Below are positions 23,301 to 36,428 of a stretch of DNA of 64,000 bases, in pieces. Positions within the stretch are counted from its first letter, which is position 1, and each line of letters starts with the position of its first letter. This DNA is from Eukaryota sp. TZLM1-RC (Eukaryota; Protista; Metamonada: BaSk clade), in NCBI GenBank assembly GCA_040285825.1, contig JAUPSS010000001.1, forward strand, positions 1,798,001-1,862,000. The letters are read 5' to 3'. The notes below the pieces were generated by a model that ran no database searches, was not told the origin of the DNA, and saw nothing but the letters and a program-made list of their open reading frames with translations. Both the position numbers and the translations under genes were made by a program.

Positions 23301-23438
23301 AGGCACTTTTAGCTATTGGTGTAGAATATGAACGTAATGCTGTGAGTAGGTTCAGTAATAGTGACGCTTGTTTGGAGGATATTGAATTCTAGATGGTTAT
23401 TTTTATCTCAATAAATATTCCAGTTTTTTTAAAAAAAA
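20340..23438. repeat. Segmental duplicate block D(-)/B(-)/C(+), a copy of about 31050-34135
   Basis: Same D-B junction (ggatcaac|ttttt) and B-C junction (ttctaat|ccactag), with shared diagnostic substitutions. Confidence 0.88.
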
Positions 23439-25568
23439 TTTGCCATTATTAATAGATTACCGCGGTTTTTCAATCGAATTAGAGAAGCTTTAGCTAGACA
23501 GCAAGCAAATCAAGATTTTGTAGAGGAAATCTTGGTTTAATGATAGTCGTCCCATTAGTTATGATTTAATTTAATCAAGTGTGCAAATTCAATAAATACA
23601 AAATTTTATATCTACCTCTCAAAAACAATTTTCTTGCCTGAAACGATGAATTAGCTTTTCCCTGTTTTGGTTTGTAATAAATTTTCTTCTTATTCTTTTT
23701 GGCAAAGAATTTCCAAAATCTTGTTATGTTCCATTTGTTTAATTTCAATTTTTTTTAAATTTAATTTTATTCTAAACCTATAAATCAACATCTAAAAAAT
23801 CCATCTCTCCCAAAGCAAAAACACTAGATGCAACTCTCTCATAGTGAGATCCAAGAGAAAGCAAAGCATCAGAAACCATCTTCAACATCCCCTTAAAAAT
23901 AGAAAACACAATTCTATTTTGCCAAAACAATCTGTTGAAATTTCTGCCAGTTCTTTTCTTTACAATCATTTCAAAATCATCCAAAAAACGTAAAGCAGTT
24001 GGTGCAAGTGAACCAAAAAGGGAAAATACAAATGGATACAAATTGTATTTTGCATGCTGTAGACTGGCCAATTTGGACAAAGGTTCATTGTATTTTTTTC
24101 GTTTTTATTAGAAGTAAATGAATCTTTAATTCGAAGTCATGTATTTTGTTCAGCAGATTTTTTTTATTACTTTTAATTCAGCAGATTTGGGTGGCATTGG
24201 ATTCACCAAATCTTCGATTCTGTGTAAAGCAGCATTTTTGGGAGGTGGTAAAAATTTTGTTTTCGAATTTTTCCAAATGTTCCCTTTTGATGTTCATCTG
24301 ATCAATGGTGAATCAAATTTTTATTTGAATCAACTTCTAACTTTTGCATACTTTTTCCGTTTGTACAATTCGGAGTCATCATCAGGGGGGATACTTCGGA
24401 TTGTGCATTTTTCAAGGCATTTTGCTTAAATACATCCACTGCTACGACATCAACAACATTCATGACATCATCAAACGAGGGCACAACAACATCAGCACGT
24501 CGTTTTCCAAATTCTGAATCTCTTACGCTTTCATTTATATCAAGAGACCTCAACAAAGGTTCTACAAAAGATTCAATATGATAGGAATTACACATTGCAT
24601 GGATTTGATCTCTGACTGCATCATGCAATGTAGAACGATAGGAAATATATCTATTACAATTAAATAAATTTGATAATGTCAAACCAGCTCCACATTTACA
24701 AAACAAATCATTGGGCAAATTACAAGGCCATAAATAACAACGCATTCTTATAGCAGTGGTCCATTGGTCGTCATTCAAAAATAGACCATAAATCTGGGGA
24801 ATTTGATTTATCAAAACTGCAGATGAACTGTCCTTCAAATCAATCAAAAAATTGGCAAAAGCAGGATTTTCTTTCTTAGCCGTGCTAAGTCGAACAATAA
24901 AATCCTTGTTTTCAAAATTTTCAAAAGATGTCGTTGGAGCTTTTTCAACGCAAATTTTAATGAATATAAACTTCTGTCTGGAATTTCTTGAATGGATATG
25001 GGGAAACATGATTGCCATAAGTCGGGAGATAAACTGGATATTTCTTCTCTTAAGTTATCCAGGAATATGCTATTTGTATTTTCAAGAAGATTTTCGGCAA
25101 AGGATATCTTCTAGAGAATTCAAATACAAAATTTTTCCACCACCAATAAATGCAGCTTTGGTCAAATATTTTGATGAATTGAATCCAACACCGCCAAGTT
25201 GAACATCAGAAAAAATATGATTTTTCAAAATTGATGGATCAACAGACATTAAATAAGCCAAAAATTGGGTACGTATTTTGTTAAATTGTCTACAAAAATT
25301 GTAAGTTAGGGATGGAGGTAATGATCGCAGTAAATGAGTAATTTTTCCAGCATAACAAATTTTCAAAAGAAAAAAACTTAAGATGTTTTTCCAATTCAAG
25401 AGTTTTTATGACTTCTAGCTCTTTTTTAATTGAATTTAAATAATTTTCAAGGCTGACAAGTGTCTTTTCGGCGGAACCTAAATAGCAACCCAGAAAGCAG
25501 AAACTAGTTGAAGTATAATCAATATATGGAACTTCGAGGGAATTAATTATTAACTTAACATTTTTTCT
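22879..25568. repeat. Segmental duplicate of about 14096-16840 (C 3' end, E tail, B, A, B, D)
   Basis: Identical order of fragments and junction sequences. Confidence 0.88.
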
Positions 25569-26497
25569 TTTTTTTAAAAATTTAATTTTATTCTAAACCT
25601 ATAAATCAACATCTAAAAATCCATCTCTCCCAAAACAAAAACACTAGATGGAACTCTCTCATAGTGAGATCCAAGAGAAAGCAAAGCATCAGAAACCATC
25701 TTCAACATCCCCTTAAAAATAGAAAACACAATTCTATTTTGCCAAAACAATCTGTTGAAATTTCTGCCAGTTCTTCTCTTTAATTTATTGAATTTGCACA
25801 CTTGATTAAATTAAATCATAACTAATGGGACGACTATCATTAAACCAAGATTTCCTCTACAAAATCTTGATTTGCTTGCTGTCTAGCTAAAGCTTCTCTA
25901 ATTCGATTGAAAAACCGCGGTAATCTATTAATAATGGCAAATTGAATCCGTGAACGCCATAAAAAAATATCAAATCTTTTCATTGTTTTTTCTTTCACCA
26001 TTTTTTGGAAGTCATCCAAAAAAGTTTCTGCTTCAACTGATAATCTTCCATTTATCGAAAATGGAAAAGCAATAAACTCTTCTCTTTACAATCATTTCAA
26101 AATCATCCAAAAAACGTAAAGCAGTTGGTGCAAGTGAACCAAAAAGGGAAAATACAAATGGATACAAATTGTATTTTGCATGCTGTAGACTGGCCAATTT
26201 GGACAAAGGTTCATTGTATTTTTTGAATTCAAAATTTTCAGCATTTGAAAGGGGATTATGAATTTCAGAATTAACAAGCCTTTCATTTGAGGCATTACAA
26301 GGATCAACAGACATTACATCCAATAAAATGAAGCTTCCATCTAATCCAGGTAATATGACATCACCTCTATTATTCTTATGAAAATCATTTTCAGCATCAA
26401 ACAGATTTGACAACAAAGGTTCCAAGAAGGATTCAATTCTATGAGATTTACACATACAATATAACTGGTCTCTTACAGCATCATGAACCTTGCTTCA
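25569..26497 (-). mobile_element. 5'-truncated family A inserted in D(-), containing a 3' fragment of E(-) at 25783-26077
   Basis: TSD taacattttttct at 25556-25568/26498-26510; inner TSD tcttctcttta at 25772-25782/26078-26088. Confidence 0.85.
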
Positions 26498-26751
26498 TAA
26501 CATTTTTTCTAGAAATACAAAAGCATTTTTGAACATTCAAATCAAGACCTATGGATTGGTATAATGTAGCAGCTTCATTAGCAACCCTATTAATTCTACT
26601 TTCTGGACCAATACAAGAAATGTCATCCATGTAAGCTACCGAGAAATTACAACTACTCATTTGTTAAATTGTAAACATTTTATTACTTTATTATAAAATG
26701 GACAATGTTATTTTATTCTGATTTTCCTCTTTACATGAGGATGAATTCCGC

Positions 26752-27626
26752 AAAACTTACATATTCTGTGATCAACGTTTTGTCAGGGGTCTATCAACGT
26801 TCAGTTTGTATCGTACCCGTGTGGTCGCTGTCCGTATCACCACACAGCATGTTTATTCTCGCCTCTGATTCCGATCTGTCCGGTATCTGTATGCGCAATT
26901 CATTGAGAGTCGTCTTCGATTGCACGCCGCCGTTTCTATCTTTGCCACCATTATGTTACGTCATCAATTGGATTTTTACTATCAAGCTGGCCTTAAAATT
27001 AACTATTCATTCATCACGGCATACTCGTCGTTTGTGTCTTCCACTGTTTGATCCAGTGCGTATTTGCCACTTCACACCTTATCATCACTATGGTGTTCTT
27101 ATCAGATGGCGACAAAGCTATCATTTATCCCAATTCTTCCTGATGTTAACATTTTGAACCATTAATCGCGTAATGCCCGCGCCATTATAGCAACCTTAGA
27201 CATCAGGTCTATTCCAATCTTACCATGTTTTGAACTTCTTTCCAGCAATTACACCAATGTATGCTCACCTTCATAACTAACCCTCCATTTATGAATAAAT
27301 TCATGGTTCAAGGGTTTATCTCCTCTAAATGGTTGGATCATAATCATATAGTCATATATAACTTTTGGGCAGAGTTCTTTATACTTGCTGCCAGAACGAA
27401 AGGAAAAATGTTCACTTCAGTAGTAGCTCTGGGTTTTTCTGCAAGTCAGCTGCAAGCAGTATATACAACTGTTCCCAAAACCGTCTGGGCCAGTGTCAAG
27501 TTCAATAAGATGGTGTCAAAAAGTTGCCGGTTCTAGAGTCATCGAAATCGCCCAGTTTAGTAGAGATGATTGCTTGGCTTGAGTTTGATTTTTGTTAGGA
27601 TGTTGATCACAAAATATGTAAGTTTT
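26752..27626. mobile_element. Putative MITE or non-autonomous DNA element bounded by 25-bp inverted repeats
   Basis: aaaacttacatattctgtgatcaac (26752-26776) versus gttgatcacaaaatatgtaagtttt (27602-27626), one mismatch; no recognisable ORF. Confidence 0.5.
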
Positions 27627-27700
27627 AATTTAACAACTGTTTTTCTTTGATTTTTTTTGATATATCCAAATTAGCTGTTGTTAGCGAAAGGATGGAGAAG

Positions 27701-28293
27701 TTTTTTTTGATACTATTTATTTTTATTCAACAACAAATATGAAATACACAATTAAAACTCCACATCCTCAAAACCTGCCTCCCCTACATCAAAACAATTA
27801 ATCGCTAAAGATTCAGAAAATTTCCCAAAAGAAGATAGTGAATCAGAAATTAGTGTTACCATTCCCTTAAAAATAGAAAATACAATCCTGTTTTGCCAGT
27901 AAACACTATTGAAAATTCTTCCAGTTCTTTCCTTTTAAATACAACAAAATCCTCAATGAAAGCCATAGCAGCCTTACCTAGAGATCCAAGCAAAGAAAAA
28001 ACAAATGGACATAAATTATATTGGGCATGAGAATTTTCATTAACCGAGGAAATGGGTTTCGCATATTTAGCAATTTTATATTTTTCGCCTGCAAGAAGAG
28101 GATTATTTACATCCGAGTTAATGAGATGTTCGTTAGAGGAATTACAAGGGTCAATAGACATGGCGTCCAAAATAGTAAAACTACCATTTAAACCAGGAAC
28201 AACTAGATCACCTCTAGTCAGGCCAATAGAAGCTCTGTTGTAACGCGTACTATCAATATTGGGATCATCAAGAATTAATTTTGATAACAGCGG
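27701..28293 (-). mobile_element. 3' fragment of family B
   Basis: ORF 27856-28311 is the RLE region; B 3' UTR and A-rich tail. Confidence 0.85.
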
Positions 28294-28344
28294 TAGTTGA
28301 AGTATAATCAATATATGGAACTTCGAGGGAATTAATTATTAACT

Positions 28345-31038
28345 TAACATTTTTTCTTTTTTTTAAAAATTTAATTTTATTCTAAACCTATAAATCAACA
28401 TCTAAAAATCCATCTCTCCCAAAACAAAAACACTAGATGGAACTCTCTCATAGTGAGATCCAAGAGAAAGCAAAGCATCAGAAACCATCTTCAACATCCC
28501 CTTAAAAATAGAAAACACAATTCTATTTTGCCAAAACAATCTGTTGAAATTTCTGCCAGTTCTTCTCTTTACAATCATTTCAAAATCATCCAAAAAACGT
28601 AAAGCAGTTGGTGCAAGTGAACCAAAAAGGGAAAATACAAATGGATACAAATTGTATTTTGCATGCTGTAGACTGGCCAATTTGGACAAAGGTTCATTGT
28701 ATTTTTTGAATTCAAAATTTTCAGCATTTGAAAGGGGATTATGAATTTCAGAATTAACAAGCCTTTCATTTGAGGCATTACAAGGATCAACAGACATTAC
28801 ATCCAATAAAATGAAGCTTCCATCTAATCCAGGTAATATGACATCACCTCTATTATTCTTATGAAAATCATTTTCAGCATCAAACAGATTTGACAACAAA
28901 GGTTCCAAGAAGGATTCAATTCTATGAGATTTACACATACAATATAACTGGTCTCTTACAGCATCGTGAACCTTGCTTCATAACATTTTTTCTAGAAATA
29001 CAAAAACATTTTTGAACATTCAAATCAAGACCTATGGATTGGTATAATGTAGCAGCTTCATTAGCAACCCTATTAATTCTACTTTCTGGACCAATACAAG
29101 AAATGTCATCCATGTAAGCTACCGAGAAATTACAACTACTCATTTGTTAAATTGTAAACATTTTATTACTTTTAGAAGCAAGGTTCATGATGCTGTAAGA
29201 GACCAGTTATATTGTATGTGTAAATCTCATAGAATTGAATCCTTCTTGGAACCTTTGTTGTCAAATCTGTTTGATGCTGAAAATGATTTTTATAAGAATA
29301 ATAGAGGTGATGTCATATTACCTGGATTAGATGGAAGCTTCATTTTATTGGATGTAATGTCTGTTGATCCTTGTAATGCCTCAAATGAAAGGCTTGTTAA
29401 TTCTGAAATTCATAATCCCCTTTCAAATGCTGAAAATTTTAAATTCAAAAAAATACAATGAACCTTTGTCCAAATTTTTTTTCAAAAATTTAATTTTATT
29501 CTAAACCTATAAATCAACATCTAAAAAAATCCATCTCTCCCAAAACAAAAACACTAGATGCAACTCTCTCATAGTGAGATCCAAGAGAAAGCAAAGCATC
29601 AGAAACCATCTTCAACATCCCCTTAAAAATAGAAAACACAATTCTATTTATAACAAAAAAAAATTCTATTTTGCCAAAACAATCTGTTGAAATTTCTGCC
29701 AGTTCTTCTCTTTACAATCATTTCAAAATCATCCAAAAAAACGTAAAGCAGTTGGTGCAAGTGAACCAAAAGGGAAAATACAAATGGATACAAATTGTAT
29801 TTTGCATGCTGTAGACTGGCCAATTTGGACAAAGGTTCATTGTATTTTTTGAATTCAAAATTTTCAGCATTTGAAAGGGGATTATGAATTTCAGAATTAA
29901 CAAGCCTTTCATTTGAGGCATTACAAGGATCAACAGACATTACATCCAATAAAATGAAGCTTCCATCTAATCCAGGTAATATGACATCACCTCTATTATT
30001 CTTATGAAAATCATTTTCAGCATCAAACAGATTTGACAACAAAGGTTCCAAGAAGGATTCAATTCTATGAGATTTACACATACAATATAACTGGTCTCTT
30101 ACAGCATCATGAACCTTGCTTCATAACATTTTTTCTAGAAATACAAAAACATTTTTGAACATTCAAATCAAGACCTATGGATTGGTATAATGTAGCAGCT
30201 TCATTAGCAACCCTATTAATTCTACTTTCTGGACCAATACAAGAAATGTCATCCATGTAAGCTACCGAGAAATTACAACTACTCATTTGTTAAATTGTAA
30301 ACATTTTATTACTTTTAGAAGCAAGGTTCATGATGCTGTAAGAGACCAGTTATATTGTATGTGTAAATCTCATAGAATTGAATCCTTCTTGGAACCTTTG
30401 TTGTCAAATCTGTTTGATGCTGAAAATGATTTTTATAAGAATAATAGAGGTGATGTCATATTACCTGGATTAGATGGAAGCTTCATTTTATTGGATGTAA
30501 TGTCTGTTGATCCTTGTAATGCCTCAAATGAAAGGCTTGTTAATTCTGAAATTCATAATCCCCTTTCAAATGCTGAAAATTTTAAATTCAAAAAATACAA
30601 TGAACCTTTGTCCAAATTTTTTTTCAAAAATTTAATTTTATTCTAAACCTATAAATCAACATCTAAAAAATCCATCTCTCCCAAAACAAAAACACTAGAT
30701 GCAACTCTCTCATAGTGAGATCCAAGAGAAAGCAAAGCATCAGAAACCATCTTCAACATCCCCTTAAAAATAGAAAACACAATTCTATTTATAACAAAAA
30801 AAAATTCTATTTTGCCAAAACAATCTGTTGAAATTTCTGCCAGTTCTTCTCTTTACAATCATTTCAAAATCATCCAAAAAACGTAAAGCAGTTGGTGCAA
30901 GTGAACCAAAAAGGGAAAATACAAATGGATACAAATTGTATTTTGCATGCTGTAGACTGGCCAATTTGGACAAAGGTTCATTGTATTTTTTGAATTTAAA
31001 ATTTTCAGCATTTGAAAGGGGATTATGAATTTCAGAAT
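28345..31038. repeat. About 2.4 tandem copies of a 1143-bp composite unit: A(-) 3' end, 140-bp D piece, A(+) piece
   Basis: Equivalent ORF starts at 29144 and 30287 are 1143 bp apart; junctions are identical. Confidence 0.85.
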
Positions 31039-32288
31039 TTTTTTTAACATACTTTTAATTTATTTTCAAAACCACAGTCTAAAAGTCAATATCTTCAAAA
31101 CAAGCTTCCACACCATCAAACCTTACAGCAGCAATGTTTTCATAATGTGCACTGACAGACATTAAAGCTTTCGAAATCATTTTAGGAATTGATTTGAAAA
31201 TAGTAAAAACAATACGATTTAGCCACAAGCGACGATCAAAACGCTTATTCATTCTTTTTTTCACAAGATTTTCAAAATCATCAATAAAATTCAAAGCAGT
31301 TTTTCCAAGACGACCATACAACGATATAGCAAATGGGAAAATTTGGTAATCTACATGGCGAACATGTTTCAATTCTTTTAAAGGATTTGCATACTTTTTC
31401 CGTTTGTACAATTCGGAGTCATCAAGGGGGATACTTCGGATTGAGCATTTTTCAAGGCATTTTTCTTGCAAACATCCACTGTTACGACATCAACAACATT
31501 CATGACATCATCAAACGAGGGCACAACAACATCAGCACGTCGTTTTCCATATTCTGAATCTCTTACGCTTTCATTTATATCCAGAGACCTCAACAAAGGT
31601 TCTACAAAAAGATTCAATATGATAGGAATTACACTTTGCATGGATTTGATCTCTGACTGCATCATGCAATGTAGAACGATAGGAAATATATCTATTACAA
31701 TTAAATAAATGTAATAATGTCAAAGCAGCTCCACATTTACAAAAACAAATCATTGGGCAAATTACAAGGCCATAAATATCAACGCATTCTCATAGCAGTG
31801 GTCCATTGGCCGTCATTCAAAAATAGACCATAAATCTGGGGAATTTGATTTATCAAAACTGCAGATGATCTGTCTTTCAAATCAATCAAAAAATTGGCAG
31901 AAGCAGGATTTTTCTTTCATAGCCGTGCTAAGTCGAACAATAAAATCCTTGTTTTCAAAATTTTTCAAAAGATGTCGTTGGAGCTTTTTCAACGCAAATT
32001 TTAATGAATATAAACTTCTGTCTGGAATTTCTTGAATGGAAATGGGGAAACATGATTGCCATAAGTCGGGAGATAAACTGGATATTTCTTCTCTTAAGTT
32101 ATCCAGGAATATGCTATTTGTATTTTCAAGAAGATTTTCGGCAAAGGATATCTTCTAGAGAATTCAAATACAAAATTTTTTCCACCACCAACAAATGCAG
32201 CTTTGGCCAAATATTTTGATGAATTGAATCCAACACCGCCAAGTTGAACATCAGAAAAAATATGATTTTTCAAAATTGATGGATCAAC
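31039..32288 (-). mobile_element. Family D 3' portion
   Basis: Ends EDIDF*; its tail AAAGTATGTTAAAAAA matches the tail at 10397-10410. Confidence 0.85.
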
Positions 32289-35200
32289 TTTTTGTTTCTC
32301 TACTAATTTTTATTCAACAAACAAATATGAAATTCACAATTAAAACTCCACATCCTCGAAACCTGCCCCCCCTACATCAAAACAATGTATTGCTAAAGAT
32401 TCAGAAAATTTCCCAAAAGAAGATAGTGAATCAGAAATTAGTTTTACCATTCCCTTAAAAATGGAAAATACAATCCTGTTTTGCCAGTAAACACGATTGA
32501 AAATTCTTCCAGTTCTTTCCTTTACAACTACAACAAAATCCTCAAGGAAAGCCATAGCAGCCTTACCTAGAGATCCAAGCAAAGAAAAAACAAATGGACA
32601 TAAATTATATCGGGCATGAGAATTTTCATTAACCGAGGAAATGGGTTTCGCATATTTAGCAATTTTATATTTTTCGCCTGCAAGAAGAGGATTATTTACA
32701 TCCGAGTTAATGAAATGTTCGTTAGAGGAATTACAAGGGTCAATAGACATGGCGTCCAAAATAGTAAAACTACCATTTAAACCAGGAACAACTAGATCAC
32801 CTCTAGTCAGACCCATAGAAGCTCTGTTGTAACGCGTACTATCAATATTGGGATCATCAAGAATTAATTTTGATAACAGCGGTTCTAAAAAGGAATCTAC
32901 ACGATATGATTTGCACATTACATAAATTTGGTCCCTGACGTTATTATGCACTTTGCTTCTAAACGTAATGAAATGTTTACAGTTCAAAAAGATGAGTAAA
33001 CAAAAGAGGTTTACCACATTTACAAGTTAAATGATTGGGCAAATTGTTTGGCCACAGAAAACAACGAAAACGCATGTTTAGAAGCCATTCATTGTCTTTT
33101 AACAAAAGTCCATAAACAGAGGGAACTTGAGTTACTAAAGCAGCAGCTGAACTATCACGAATATCCTTTAAAAAAATTACCGAAAGCGGGATTTTTAGTT
33201 TTGGCCAAGCCAAGTCTTACTTCATAATCCAAGCCTTCATATAATTAAACCAGATGGTGCTGAAGCTTTTTCAAGCAAAAACGTAAATTTGGAAGTGATC
33301 GAGTGGGAATTTCTTGAACATTTTGAGGAAAACACTGAATCCAGATATCACTAGGCAAATTATCTAATTCAAATTGCAGTTGATTCAAGTAAAAATTTGA
33401 TTCACCAAAGATCAGATGAACATCAAAAGGGGACCTTTGGAAAAATTCAAACACAAAATTTTTACCACCTCCCAAAAATGCTGCTTCACACAGAATCGAA
33501 GATTTGGTGAATCCAATTCCACCCAAATCTGCTGAACAAAATACATGACTTCGAATTAAAGATTCATTTACTTCTAATCCACTAGTACGTAAGCTGTCTT
33601 CAGATCAAACTGATGATTCCTTTGGTAAAAGAAGGGCAGATTTAGTAGCTCCAGGGATCGATGGTGTTCTCAATGTTGTAGACGTTGTCTCAGTGGATGT
33701 TTGCAAAAATTCTGCTGCTCGTTTAGTGTATTCCGCTGACTCGCCGTTATCTAACGCCGAAAAAAAGAAGATAAAAAAATATGAAGAACCTTTGGCACAG
33801 TTAGGTAGAGTGGAACATGTGAAATATCAGTTTGTGCCGTTTGCAATTTCTCTTTTTGGCAATATTGGACCTTCAGGCTTGCACTTTTTGGAAAATTTTA
33901 AAAAAGTGTTACTGAATAGGTCTGGTAAAACAATGAACTCCACTTTCTGGTTAAATAGAATTGTTTTTTGCATTTTCAAGTCTATTCCAACAATGATTTC
34001 AAAGGCACTTTTAGCTATTGGTGTAGAATATGAACGTAATGCTGTGAGTAGGTTCAGTAATAGTGACGCTTGTTTGGAGGATATTGAATTCTAGATGGTT
34101 ATTTTTATCTCAATAAATATTCCAGTTTTTAAAAAAAATTTACTTCTAATAAAGAAGAAAAAAATTTGACTCGAAGTTTGTTAAAAGATCTGCAAAAATT
34201 GAGAGATACCGAAGGGGAGTTGACCTTAAAATATGAGTGAATTTTCCAGAATAACAAATTTTTAAAATAAAAAATTTGATGTGTTTCTCAATGTCACATT
34301 CAGCAATAAAACTAAGATCCTTGTCAAACTTCTCCAATAAATTGTTTAACTGGGAATAAATTTCATCCAAATTGCCAAGCCAACATCCAAGAAACTTAAA
34401 AGCTTGTTGGTCATAATTGATAAAAAGGAATCTGAGCTCCACCAATCATCAAATATTGTTTTTCTCTACCAATCAAGAGACATTTAGATGGGTTCAAAGC
34501 TAAACCAATTTCTTTGTATTTCGCCGCAATGTCTTCAGAAACCCTAGAAATGCTTTCAAAAGAACCAATAATAGAAATGTCATCCATATAGGCAACAATA
34601 CGCAAATCAGGGAAATCTTGTTGTGTCATTTTAATAATATTATGAATAGCCAAACAAAACAGCAAAGGGCCAAGAGGATCACCTTGTTTCACACCAGAAG
34701 AAGATTCAAGGGTAAAGGAGTCAAAAATTAAGTCTGATTTTTTTCCATAAAATAAATAAAAATATGCAGAAAGTTCAGGAAAATCATGAAGAAGCACATC
34801 AAAAATACAATTACGTTTCACAGAATTGAAAGCATTTTTGAAATCCAAATTGAAAATATATTGATGTTGTTGACTATTGAAAAAAACATCTGAAGTCATT
34901 GAAGCAACAGAAGCACCTTCAACAGTTTTTTATACCAAATTGGAAAGGCTTCAAATAGTCCCTTGCTTTAGTAGAAATTCTGTTAAAAATAAGCGAAGAA
35001 AGCAATCTGGTTAATGACTCTCCAATGGCAATTGGTCTAACTCCATCAGGTTTGTCACCTTTACCAGGTTTAACTAAAGCAACTAAACGGGCAGCAGTCA
35101 ATTCAGGCGGAGGAACATAATTTAAACACATTAAATTTTGAAAATAGGAAGCAAGATCCTCAACAATTTCAGGAGCATTTTTACAGGCAGTTTTTAACAA

Positions 35201-36277
35201 ATCAAAGGAAATGCCTGAAGGACCAGCAGCTTTTCCTTTTGGTAATTTAGCAACGGCATTCAATACTTCTTGAGCCTGAAATGGATTTTCGAGCCAATAT
35301 TGACAAATAGAAGGCTTACTGGGGCAAAAATGTTCAGTTGGATGGAGGGATTTCAATTTTTCAACAGTTTCGAGATTGGTATCAGCCAGTTTTCCCGAAA
35401 AAATATTTTTTAATCCGCTTCCATATCTACCTCTCAAAAACAATTTTCTTGCCTGAAAAGATGAATTAGCTTTTCCCTGTTTTGGTTTGTAATTAATTTT
35501 CTTCTTATTCTTTTTGGCAAAGAATTTCCAAAATCTTGTTATGTTCCATTTGTTTAATTTCAATTGCGAAGAAAAAGAACGCATTTCCATTGACAAAGGA
35601 ACAGAACTGGCAGGACTCACCTCTACAGGAATTTTAACAGGTGTACGAAGAGAATCACTTGTTTGACAGTCATAACAAAACAATAGAGGGCGACCATTAG
35701 AAGAATTAGAGAGGAACTTTTTGCAAAAAGGACAACTATGTTTCAAGACATTATCCGTTGGATCAGGAGCAACAGTTTTTGGTAAATGAGTTTGATCAAT
35801 ATTTAAATCATAATTAACATCATCAGCAGAAACATTGGGAACAGGAGGAAGATTTAGTTCGGATGGCGTTTGCAAACTATTAACAATAGAAATATTGGTT
35901 TTCAGTCTCATTTTTCCGGTAATAATATCAGGACATTTTCTAATGTTATGACCAACCTTGCCACATTTGGAACAGGTATATCTTCTTTTTTGCACTTTTT
36001 CAGGCGTAATATCAGGGGCATCACTCGAAGGCAAAAAGTCTTTTTTAAAAATTTTCAAATTTTTTTGAGAAGATTTTCGAGCATAGCTTGAAGGGTGGGG
36101 AGAGTGGAGAAGTGAAGGGGATGAGCTGGATCTGATGGGTAGAATCTTTGCTTGGGCGTTCCAATCAGTATCAGAGTCACTGTCAGTCACTGGCATCGTT
36201 TTGGCAAAGACACAGTACGACTGTGACGCCGTGACAGAAAGTGAAATATGAGAGGGTTGACTAAGGGAGGGAGAAAA
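32289..36277 (-). mobile_element. Full-length family B element interrupted by an antisense 5'-truncated C (33579-34137)
   Basis: 5' (T)nCTCCCTCC; ORF from MPVTDSDSDTDW through knuckle, RT (34411-34899) and RLE to EDVEF*. Inner TSD atttacttctaat at 33566-33578/34138-34150. Confidence 0.9.
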
Positions 36278-36428
36278 AAAAATTCTGTTTTGGCAAAAAT
36301 TCTTGTCAAAAATTCTTCCAGTACGATGTTTCAACAAAATCATCCAAGAAAGATAAAGCAAGAACTCCAAGCGAGCCATGAAGGGAAACTGTAAATGGAC
36401 AGAGAACATAATGAGTATGCAATTCTGC
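36278..36428 (-). mobile_element. Degraded family G fragment forming the 5' flank of B
   Basis: Similar to 49340-49500. Confidence 0.65.
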
